Program-made: the position numbers and the translations under genes
The notes under the pieces: generated by a model
The model's database searches: none
Told to the model about the DNA's origin: nothing
The model's input: the letters and a program-made list of their open reading frames with translations, nothing else
Shown: piece after piece, positions 50,503 through 61,003 of the stretch
Position numbering within the stretch: position 1 is the first letter of the stretch
Layout: each line of letters begins with the position of its first letter
Source of the DNA: Stegostoma tigrinum
Taxonomy: Eukaryota
Assembly (NCBI RefSeq): GCF_030684315.1
Contig: NC_081397.1
Coordinates: 10,378,421-10,442,420, forward strand
Direction of reading: 5' to 3'
Length of the DNA stretch: 64,000 nt

Positions 50503-51046
50503 CTATTTCCAGTAGAAAGGGGAAGGGAAGGAAGTTGTCATTTCAAACACAACGCTTTCAACCCCACGCTCAGCTTCAACAAAACAGCAAAGCTACCACG
50601 GAAATTACAAAGCCCAGTGAGACCCTGTTATTCATTGGTCCCACGTCCCTGGTTTCCATCCAAACATGGAGCTTTCTCACCCTCAAGGAGCTGCCCAATT
50701 CCCCATCGCTTTTCACTTATGTCCTTTGGGGAAGGAAATCTGCTATTCTTACCTGGTCTGGCCCATTTGTGACTCTAGAAGCTGGTTAACAAAACTGCCC
50801 TCTGGGGCAATTAAGGATTGGCAATAAAATGCTGGCCCTGTCAGTGACACGCACACCCCTGTGAATGAATAAAAGCCACCTGGGACTTTCCAGGAGTATT
50901 GTTTCCTGGTTTGTCAGGCTCATATTAAAAGGATAAGGCAATACCCAAGTTCCCTCTCTCAGTTCTTCTGCTCGTTGTCGCTCCCTGATTAAGGGGAATC
51001 AGGATAAACAATGGCAAATATAAAATTTGCAGTTTCATCCCCTTAC

Positions 51047-51077
51047 CTCTTGGGCTGTGACACAGGTGAGGAATTGC
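51047..51077 (-). CDS. Ig receptor first cytoplasmic exon (31 nt, phase 1-2)
   Basis: TTATCTCTCTACCTGCAG acceptor, GTAAG donor; (G)NSSPVSQPK(R). Confidence 0.82.
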
Positions 51078-51239
51078 CTGCAGGTAGAGAGATAACATTC
51101 TTAGCGTATTGGACAGTAGCTTTGTGCTGTTCCAGACAGGAGCTGCAAAGCCCTTTCTCAGTCATAAGCAGAGAGCAAACACATCAATAGATGAGAATCA
51201 TCAAACCCATCTGAATGCACATTAACCACTTGTGACAGG

Positions 51240-51636
51240 GATTAGGTGAGGGTTTCGTTCGTGTCTGAGTGAGGGCCAAGGCCAGAGTTAGGGTTAGCAT
51301 GAGGTTAAGGATTGTTTTATGGTGAGGGTTAGTATTCAGTTTAAGGTTAGTGTTCGGATTCAGATTAGGATTAGGGTCATGGTTAGGTTTTGGGTTATGG
51401 GTTGGGCCAGCGTTAGGGTTAAGGTTGGTTCAGCATTAAGGTTTGGTTTAAGGTGATGAGGCGAGGGTTCGGGTGAGGGTCAGTGTTCAGTCTACGGCTA
51501 GGCTTAAGGCTTGGGTTAGTTATTAGTTTTAGTTAGCATTTGGCTGAGAGGCAAGATTAGAATGAGAATGAGAGCTCGGTTTAGGACAAAGATTTAGTTT
51601 AGCGGTAGGATTGAGTTTAAGTTAGGGTGAGGATTA
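51240..51636 (+). repeat. Highly degenerate (TTAGGG)n-like hexamer array
   Basis: 6-bp periodicity with TTAGGG/TGAGGG/TTAAGG/TTAGGA/TTGGGT variants. Confidence 0.75.
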
Positions 51637-51945
51637 GTGGAGCAAGGATTTGAGGGGGCTGAATGGCCTCCTCCTGTTCCTGATTCACACGATCTTATGC
51701 CTCTCCTCTTCTCTGAGGTAACACAGAGTGGGAGTATTGGTCACATTTACCCGATCCAGGAGGCTAACTTGGTGAGTGCTCTCCCTCCTACTGTCAGGAA
51801 CACGGTCCACCCCAGTTCCTGACCCAACAACTCCTTCCCCGGGTCCCCCACCCCAACCCTGTCCAGCTGCAAAGGTTACACTGGGGCGTGGACGGCAATG
51901 CCATGCCCCGGGGAACAAACCCGATCCCCGTGGGAAGTTACAGAC

Positions 51946-52047
51946 CTGTGTGGCCCCTCCTGTGGATGAACCACGCCGACGCGATCAGGCCGGCGAACAG
52001 CAGAACTGGGACGAGCGAGGCCGCGATCTCCGTGGAATAACTCCGAG
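51946..52047 (-). CDS. Ig receptor transmembrane exon (102 nt, phase 1-1)
   Basis: TGTTGAATTTCAG acceptor, GTCTGT donor; (A)RSYSTE-IAASLVPVLLFAGLIASAWFI-HRRGHT: 21 uncharged residues followed by a basic stop-transfer. Confidence 0.87.
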
Positions 52048-52853
52048 CTGAAATTCAACAACATCCGGCTCACGTTAACAAACTCAGCGGGAAGTGTTAC
52101 CGCATCAGCCCTATGTGAGGCACACGATCATCATCAGAGTGACCAACCCCTGCAGGTATGTAACTCCCTGCCACCCACGGGGGGATGGAAAACACGGAAG
52201 AATTGAACCCATTGAGCTCCCTGCACTGAACCCACTTTCCTGCAATCGGCCCCCTACAGCCTGGAATGTTATGGCACGTCGAGTTTCATTCAAGTTCTCT
52301 TTAAAGGCTGCGAGGTTTCCCACCTCAACTACCCTCCGAGCCCCCACAGCCCTGTGGGTGAGACAATCCTCAAACCCCCTCTCAACCTCCTGCATTTCAC
52401 TTTCAAATGATGCTGCCCTTGTTATTTACACTTCCACCCAGGGGAGCAGCTGCTTCCTCATCCCCCCACAGCAGTCCCTGTGCCACACAGACTGGCACAC
52501 CTCTATCAGTTCCCCCTCAGCATTCCCTGCTCCAAAGAAAACAGCCTGAGCTTACTGAGCATCTCTTCATCGCTGAAATGCACCACCCCAGGGCAACGTC
52601 CTGGTGAATCTCCTCTGCACGCCCTTCTCCATAAGATTTACACTTCCAGATTTTTATTGCGCTCAAATTCTACCATCGGGTATGAGCGGGATTTGAACTG
52701 GGATCCCGGGAAAATGACCCAGGCAGCTGGATTAATAACCTCACGTCACCTTCCTAACTGAGATGGTTAATTGTTTCTGACTGGCACGGACTGGATGGAG
52801 CGAATGGCCTTTCCCTGTGCTCTGTCTGTGTCTGATCTGACTGTCACTGTTAC

Positions 52854-53156
52854 CTCGCAGCGTGAATTCGATATAATCGCTGGTCACGTTAAAAATGGTG
52901 CCGTCGGTTCCTGTGTTGATCGCTGCACAGTGATACCTCCCGACACTGTCTCTCCGGAATGAATGAATAACCAGCTCACCACCATCGGCAGTCACATGGG
53001 AGCTCGCACTGCCGTTCCTTAGCGGCACGTTGTCTCGGTACCAAATGAACTGGGGCTCAGTGCCTTCCCTCACCAGGCACCGGAGAACAAGGCGGTCCCC
53101 GGGCTGTATCTCAGTCCCGTTGGTGCGGGGTATCAGCACAGCATCTGAGACAGGAA
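52854..53156 (-). CDS. Ig receptor membrane-proximal Ig (C2/I-set-like) domain exon (303 nt, phase 1-1)
   Basis: TTTTCTCCTCAG acceptor, GTAACA donor; VPVSDAVL...GDRLVLRC...FIWYRD...DSVGRYHCAA...IEFTLR. Confidence 0.93.
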
Positions 53157-54059
53157 CTGAGGAGAAAACACACCGAGTTCAAAACCATGGAGTTCGCCCA
53201 TCGATTGAGGCTGTCAGTGGGGACCAGTTTAATGCAAATAATTTAAAAGGGAGTGAAGCAGTTTGATGGATTTAAAATCTAATGGAGAGCTTTAATTCTC
53301 CCCAATTATCAACATTTTGGAGATTATCATTGAGAGAAAGAAAATCTAACCATCGCGCCCCCGATGTTCAATGGCGTTGCCGTTGCTGCTTCCCTCAGTA
53401 TTAACATCCTGGGGGTGACCATTAACAGAGAATCTAACCATTGAGCCCGTGATGTTAATGGCGCTACCATCACTGAATGCCCTCACACGGCCAACACCCT
53501 TGGGGAATGCGACCAGTGCATCATACAGCGTGGAACAGGCCCTTCGGCCCATTGCGTCTGCACTGACAATAACTATCCCTAAAGGTGCGCTAATTCCAAT
53601 TTCCCACCCTGGCCCCATATCCTGAAATGTTATGGTGTGACAAGTGCTCCTCCAAATATATTTTAAACGTTTATTTTAGGTTTCTGCTCGCCACTCTCGT
53701 CCCATTTGCATGAACCTCGGAGTGAAAAAGATTTTTTTCTGTCAAATCCCCTCAGAATCTCCTGTCCCTTACACTAAATCTGTGCCCCTTCATGACTGAC
53801 CTCTCAACCAAGGGGAACAGATGCTCTCCATTCACCCTGTCCACCCCCCTCATAATCTGATGCACCTCATTCATGACCCTCTGCAGCCTTCCCTGCTCTA
53901 AAGGAAACCATCCCAGCCTATCTACTCTCTCCTGACAGCTCACTTGTTCCAACCCAGGAAACAACCTGGTTCTGTACCCCGTCTTCTGTACCCCCTCCAG
54001 TGCTATCACACCCTTCCTGCAGTAAGGTGACCAGAAATGTACACAGTACTCCAGTATCT

Positions 54060-54605
54060 AACCATTGCCCTTGACATTCAATGGTCTGACCATCACTGAA
54101 TTCCCCGCTATCAACGTCCTAGAGTTTATCATTGACCAGAAACTAAATCAGACTACCCAAATAAATACTGTGACTATAGGAGCAGGTCAGAGGTTCGGAA
54201 TCCGGCAGTGAGCAATTCACCTCCTGACACACCAATTCCTGCCCAACATCGACATTACACAAGTCAGTAGTGTGATGGAATACTCCCTACTTGCCTGGTT
54301 GGAGGCAGCTCCAACAACTCTTGAGAAGCTCAACACCATCCATAGAAAAAGCTACTCCCACTTGATTGCCACATCCCCAAACATCTAATCCCTACATCAC
54401 TGACACACAGTTGCAGCAGTGTGTACCATCTGCACACTGAAATTCACCAAAGATTCTCAGCAGCATCTTGCAACTCCACAGCCACTTCCATCCAGAAGGA
54501 CAAGAGCAGCAGATATATGGGAACACCAGTACAAATTCCCCTGTGAGCTACTCAGCATCTTGAAATGGAAACATATCGGACGTTTCTTCAGTGTTACCGG
54601 GCCAT
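54060..54605 (+). mobile_element. LINE 3' fragment (family of 13385-14030), split by a CR1 insertion; continues ~58590-58730
   Basis: TCACTGAATTCCCCGCTATCAACGTCCT..ATTGACCAGAAACT..GTGATGGAATACTC. The sequence resumes with AAATTCTCACCCTAAGGGC..CAACTCACCACCACCTTCTC. Confidence 0.7.
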
Positions 54606-54780
54606 AATAGAATATAGAACAGAGAACAATACAGCACAGAACAGGCCCATTCAGCCCTCGATGTTGCGCCGGCTTGTGAACTAATCTAAGTCCACCCCCC
54701 AACACTATCCCATCAATAGATAATAAAATGTGAGGCTCGATGAACACAGCAGGCCCAGCAGCATCTCAGGAGCACAAAAG

Positions 54781-54810
54781 CTGACGTTTCGGGCCTAGAC
54801 CCTTCATCAG
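54781..54810 (-). ncRNA. Minimal type I hammerhead ribozyme motif (PLE), sense to the Ig receptor pre-mRNA
   Basis: Minus strand CTGATGAAGGGTCTAGGCCCGAAACGTCAG. Confidence 0.75.
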
Positions 54811-56465
54811 AGAGGGGAATGGGGTGAGGGTTCTGGAATAAATAGGGAGAGAGGGGGAGGCGGGCGGAAGATAGAGAGAAAAGAAGGTAGGTGGGGAGGA
54901 GAGTATAGGTGGGGAGGTAGGGAGGGGATAGGTCAGTCCAGGGAAGACAGACAGGTCAAGGAGGTGGGATGAGGTTAGTAGGTAGGAGATGGAGGTGCGG
55001 CTTGGGGTGGGAGGAAGGGATGGGTGAGAGGAAGAACAGATTAGGGAGGCAGAGACAGGTTGGACTGGTTTTGGGATGCAGTGGGGGGAGGGGAAGAGCT
55101 GGGCTGGTTGTGTGGTGCAGTGGAGGGAGGAGACGAACTGGGCTGGTTTAGGGATGCAGTGGGGGAGGGGGAGATTTTGAAGCTGGTGAAGTCCACATTG
55201 ATACCATTGGGCTGCAAGCGGAATTAGAGTTGCTGTTCCTGCAACCTTTGGGTGGCATCATTGTGGCACTGCCGGAGGCCCATGATGGACATGTCATCTA
55301 AAGAATGGGAGGGGGAGTGGAAATGGTTTGCGACTGGGAGGTGCAGTTGTTTGTTGCGAACTGAGCGGAGGTGTTCTGCAAAGTGGTCCCCAAGCCTCCG
55401 CTTGGTTTCCCCAATGTAGAGGATGCCACACCGGGTACACATCCGCAACACATCCCTCACACCCCGTCCCCGCCACAACCGCCCAAAGAGGATCCCCCTC
55501 GTTCTCACACACCACCCCACCAAACTCCGGATAGAACGCATCATCCTCCGACACTTCCGCCATCTGCAATCCGACCCCACCACCCAAGACATTTTTCCAT
55601 CCCCACCCTTGTCTGCTTTCCGGGGAGACCACTCTCTCCGTGACTCCCTTGTTCGCTCCACACTGTCTTCCAACCCCACCACACCCAGCACCTTCCCCTG
55701 CAACCGCAGGAAATGCTACACTTGCCCCCACACCTCCTCCCTCACCCCTACCCCAGGCCCCAAGATGACATTCCACATTAAGCAGAGGTTCACCTGCACA
55801 TCTGCCAATGTGGTATACTGCATCCACTGTACCCGGTGTGGCTTCCTCTACATTGGGGAAACCAAGCGGAGGCTTGGGGACCGCTTTGCAGAACACCTCC
55901 GCTCAGTTCGCAACAAACAACTGCACCTCCCAGTCGCAAACCATTTCCACTCCCCCTCCCATTCTTTAGATGACATGTCCATCATGGGCCTCCTGCAGTG
56001 CCACAATGATGCCACACAAAGGTTGCAGGAACAGCAACTCAAATTCCGCTTGGGAACCCTGCAGCCCAATGGTATCAATGTGGACTTCACCAGCTTCAAA
56101 ATCTCCCCTTCCCCCACCGCATCCCAAAACCAGCCCAGTTCGTCCCCTACCCCCACTGCACCACACAACCAGCCCAACTCTTCCCCTCCACCCACTGCAT
56201 CCCAAAACCTGTCCAACCTGTCTCTGCCTCCCTAACCTGTTCTTCCTCTCACCCATCCCTTCCTCCCACCCCAAGCCGCACCTCCATCTCCTACCTACTA
56301 ACCTCACCCCACCTCCTTGACCTGTCCGTCTTCCCTGGACTGACCTATCCCCTCCCTACCTCCCCACCTATACTCTCCTCCCCATCTATCTTCTTTTCTC
56401 TCCATCTTCGGTCCGCCTCCCCCTCTCTCCCTATTTGTTCCAGAACCCTCACTCCATCCCCCTCT

Positions 56466-56495
56466 CTGATGAAGGGTCAAGGCCCGAAACGTCAG
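56466..56495 (+). ncRNA. Minimal type I hammerhead ribozyme motif (PLE)
   Basis: CTGATGAAGGGTCAAGGCCCGAAACGTCAG; the only change is in the stem II loop. Confidence 0.75.
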
Positions 56496-56599
56496 CTTTT
56501 GTGCTCCTGAGATGTTGCTGGGCCTGCTGTGTTCATCCAGCCTCACATTTTATTATCTTGGATTCTCCAGCATCTGCAGTTCCCATTATCTCTGATACG

Positions 56600-58590
56600 C
56601 TATCCCATCATTATCCTTATGCTTATCTAAGGACTGTTTAAATGCCCCTAATGTGGCTGAGTTCACTACATTGGCAGGCAGGGTTCTCCACGTCCTCACC
56701 ACTCTCTGTGTAAAAAGCCTGTCTCTGACATCTGTCTTATATCTATCACCCCTCAATTTGTAGCTATGCCCCCTTGTACAAGCTGAAGTCATCATGCACG
56801 GAAAAAGACTCTCACTGTCCACCCTATCTAATCCTCTGATCATCTTGTATGTCTCTAGTAAATCTCCTCTTAGCCTCCTTCTCTCCAATGAGAACAGACC
56901 CAAGTCCCTCAGCCTTTCTTCATAAGGCCTGCGCTCCAGACCAGGCAACATCCTGGTAAATCTCCTCTGCACCTTTTCCAATGCTTCCACATCCTTCCTT
57001 TAATGGGGTGACCAGAACTGCACACAATATTCCAAATGAGACCACACTAGCGTTTTGTACAGTTGCAGCATGACATCACGGCTTTGGAACTCAGTCCCTC
57101 TACCAATAAAACCTAAAACACGTTAAGCCTTTTTAACAGCACTGTCAACCTGTGTGGCAACTTTCAGGGATCTATGTACATGGACACCAAGATCCCTCTG
57201 CAAATCCACACTACCAAGAATCCTTCCATTGACATGGTATTCTGCCTTCCTATTATTCCTCCCAAAGTGAATCACCTCACATTTACCCGTATTATACTCC
57301 ATTTGCGACCTTTCGGCCCAATTCTGCAGTTTATCCAAGTCTCCCTGCAACTTGCAACATTCTTCCAAACTGTCCACCACTCCACTGACTTTAGTGTTAT
57401 CTGCGAACTTACGAATCCATCCACCTATGCCTGCATCCAAGTCATTTAGAAAAATGACAAACAGCAGTGGTCCCAAAACAGATCCTTGAAGCACACCACT
57501 AGTAATCGGACTCCAGGCTGAATATTTTCCATCAACCACCACTCATTGCCTTCTTACAGAAAGCCAGTTTCTAATCCAAATTGCTAATTCTCCCTCAATC
57601 CCGTGCCTCTGTATTTTCTCCAATAGCCTATCATGTGGAACCTTATCAAAGGCTTTACTGAAGTCCACGTACACCACATCAACTGCCGAACTTCATCCAT
57701 ATGCTTGGTAACCTTCTCAAAAAACTCAACGAGGTTTGTGAGATACGACCTGCCCTTGACAAATCCATGTTGACTATCTCCAATCAAATTGTTGTTTGCT
57801 AGATTATTATAAATCCTATCTCTTCTCAACCTTTCCAAAATTTTTCCTACAACAGACGTAAGGCTCACAGGTCTATAATTGTCTGGGTCATCCCTACTGC
57901 CCTTCTTGAACAAGGGTTCAACATTTGCAACCCTCCAGTCCTCTGGCACTAAACCTGTCGACAATGAGGACTTAAAGGTCAAGGCCAAAAGCTGCACCAC
58001 CTCCTCCCTAGCGTCCCAGGCAATCTTTGGAAAAATTCCATCTAGCCCAGGGGATTTATCTATGTTCACACCTTCTAGAATTGATAACACCTCCTCCTTA
58101 CTCACCTTAATCCTTTCAATTCTAGTAGCCCGTAACTCAGTCATCTGTTCTACAATATTCTCCTGTTCCTCAGTGAAAACAGATGAGAAATAATCATTTA
58201 GCACCACTCCAATCTCCACAGGATCCATACACAACTTCCCACTTCTGTCTTTGACTGGCCCTATTCCTAACCTAGTCATCCTCTTATTCCTCACATACCT
58301 ATACAAAACTTTAGGGTTCTCCTTTATTTTACCCAGCAATGTCTGCTCATGTCCCCCCCTTGCTCTTCTTAACTGTCTCTTTAAATCCTTCCTAGCTAAT
58401 CTGTAACTCTCCATCGCCCCATCTGAACCATCTCATCTCATTGTCACATAAGCCTCCCTCTTCCACTTACCAAGAGATACAATTTCTTTAGTAAACCACA
58501 GTTCCCTTCCCTCATCACTTCCTCCCTGCCTGACAGGAACATACCTGTCAAGGACATGCAATATCTGTTCCTTAAGCCAGCTCCACATTT
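56600..58590 (-). mobile_element. CR1 LINE ORF2 (~2 kb, few disruptions); 3' tail displaced to 54607-54715
   Basis: ORFs 57584-58414 (KSPGLDGI..PLFKKG..NYRPVSLTS..QHGFVKGRS), 57123-57542 (GSVLGP..FADN) and 56586-56990. Confidence 0.95.
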
Positions 58591-59509
58591 CAAATTCTCA
58601 CCCTAAGGGCAATGTGGGTCAACTGATAGCACATGGATGCAGTGATTCAACAAGGCAACTCACCACCACCTTCTCAAAGCGGGGCAACGTGGGACGGGGA
58701 CTGCATTGCCCATGTCCCACATGTGAATACATAACTCCCAATGGAGTAGGCCTGCCTGTCATCGTTCACCAAAGATTGCACACTGTTTCTTGTATATAAT
58801 TTAAGTTCAGTTCATTTTTAGAATCGGGAAGTGAGAAGCAAGCTCAGTCATGGTGAAACTGAGATAAAATGGTGTTATCTCAGATTCTCCAGCATCGGCA
58901 GTTCCTACTGTCTCAGTAATGGTGAAACTGAATGGCTCATGAAATCATGCTGAACAGAGACAAAATGCTGTTGTTGGGAGAAGGAAACCAGCCACCCTCA
59001 CCCAGCATGGAACTCTGTGTGATTCCGAAACAAAAGTGAGGGGAATTACTTCGAATTGCCTTCGAAATAGGTCGTGTAAGTCAGTCTCTTCTCAGAAATG
59101 CAGTCTTCTGACAAAGTTCTTTCCAAATTGTGATTTTAAAAATACACCCTGAAAAATACCAAGCCCAAACCTCACCCTGACAATCATCAACACTTGACCA
59201 ATCACCTCCCTTCACACTCTAAATGCCTGGTATTCTGCCCAAAATCAACACTTTGCTCATTAACATAACACACCTTTATATTTTGGACAGAAGATCAGAA
59301 GAGATGGGGCAGGTGTTGGTTCTCCAGCAAAATATCTAACCAAATATTCAGGGGGTGCATGATTTTTGGAAATGACAGGGAGGGAAGCAGTGTGGGTGAT
59401 ATAGCTCTGTACGAGCTGGAATAGATATGGCAGCAACAAGAATGATCGAGCATCAGATGGTGTAGAAGCTATCATGGGCGAGGAGAAAACTATATTGGCT
59501 GGAGTTTGG

Positions 59510-60030
59510 AAGAACGATGGGAGGCATTGAATCTTAGGATGTTCTTGGTAATTGTACTGTGTACAATTCTGTTCACCCTGCTACGGAAAGTTGTTCTGAA
59601 GCAGGGAATGGTGCCAAAAACCTTTAGAAGGATATCACCGAGACTAGAAAGTTTGAATTATAACGAGAGGCTGGATAGGCTGGGGGTTTTATTTCTGACA
59701 CATTGGAGGCTGAGGGGTGACCTCAGAGAGGTTTATAAAATCCTGAGGGGAATATGTAAGGTGATAAAGCCGAGGACTTCTCCCCAGGGTAGTGGGGGCT
59801 AAATCTAAAGGGCACTGGATAAGCTGAGATAGGAAAGGTATGTGAGGGGAAACATTTTCACACAGAGGGTGGTGCACATATGGAATGAGCTGCGAGAGGA
59901 AATGGTAGCGGTAATGACAACATTCAAAAGAAATTGCCAAATGCAGGCAAATGGGACTTTTTGGGAAACCTGTTCGGCGTGGACAAGTTCGGCTGAAGGG
60001 CCTGTTCCATACTGGATACCTCTATGACTC
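59510..60030 (+). mobile_element. Degraded CR1 3' fragment
   Basis: YNERLDRLG..RLRGDLREVYKILRG and NIFTQRVVHIWNEL. Confidence 0.8.
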
Positions 60031-60167
60031 TAATATCCAAGGCTGTGTCACTTTAATCCAAAGTGACGTCTTCAATGACAATACACTAGTTTTGAGAGAT
60101 CTCATCAGCAGTGGTCCCTGAGCCGATGGATCAGTTACTCTTTGGGAGAGAGTCCTTCTGAACTCAC

Positions 60168-60452
60168 CTATCACTGTGATCTCTATGTCTTCATTGTGCA
60201 AAGGGCCTGTCACCTCATTTCTCACCGAGCAATGGTAAATCCCTTTGTCTTTTCTGCTGATGGTTTCAATGTTGTAAACAAGCTTAGTACTGTTGGAAAG
60301 CTCCCAGTACAGCTCCACACTTGAGCCCTTGTAGAATTGGTAATAAATCGGCAGAGAGCCATTGGAGACTGAACAGATTAAGGATGCCATATCTCCTTCG
60401 ATTAGCTCCTTTCCTGATTGAATTACTAGTTCTGGCTTTGACACTGGAATTC
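60168..60452 (-). CDS. Ig receptor Ig (C2-like) domain exon (285 nt, phase 1-1)
   Basis: TTTATATTTGCAG acceptor, GTGAGT donor; (R)IPVSKPEL...EGDMASLICSVSNGSLPIYYQFYK...DKGIYHCSVRN...IEITVI. The G[ST]xPIxYxF motif is typical of FCRL/PECAM-type domains. Confidence 0.94.
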
Positions 60453-61003
60453 CTGCAAATATAAACAAATGTTAGGTCCCTTTGCTTGGCAGAGTTAATT
60501 GCAAACTCATCTAAGAACTTAATCACAATCACATCCATTCTCATATCCATTTTTGTATGTTCAGTCTTTGGATGTGTGTCACTGGGTAATCCAGCATTTA
60601 TTGCCCATCCCTAATTGTACAGAGGGATGTTTCAGGCTGTGGGCTCATTGTCTAAAGGAGACAGGGTAGGACTGAGATGGGGGCAAATGTCTTCACTGGG
60701 AGAGTGGAAATCCTGTGGAATTCTTTGTCACAGAATGTGTTTGGGCTGAGAACATTGCTTGCTGTTCAGGAAGGAGTTGGATAGAGTTCACATGGGCCAA
60801 GGGGACAGTGGGGGGCAGTGAACTGTGTCAGGTGATCATCCATGATCCCATTGCGCGGACAGAACAGGCTGGAAGGGCCAAATGGCCAACTCCCGTATAA
60901 TAATTTCCATAATTTTCTGGGGAAGTGAATCCCACAGGCTTCCCACTCTCGAGGTGAAAACATTTCTCCACATATCAATCCTAAATGGGTGACTCATTAA
61001 CGG

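Larger units (their letters stand above)
54718..56598. mobile_element. Inverted pair of Neptune-type PLE 3' parts inserted as one unit, 11-bp target duplication
   Basis: Minus arm 54718-~55438; plus arm ~55441-56598 (ORF 55423-56235 with CNRRKCYTC and GIY-YIG). CTATCCCATCA at 54705-54715 and 56600-56610. Confidence 0.95.
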
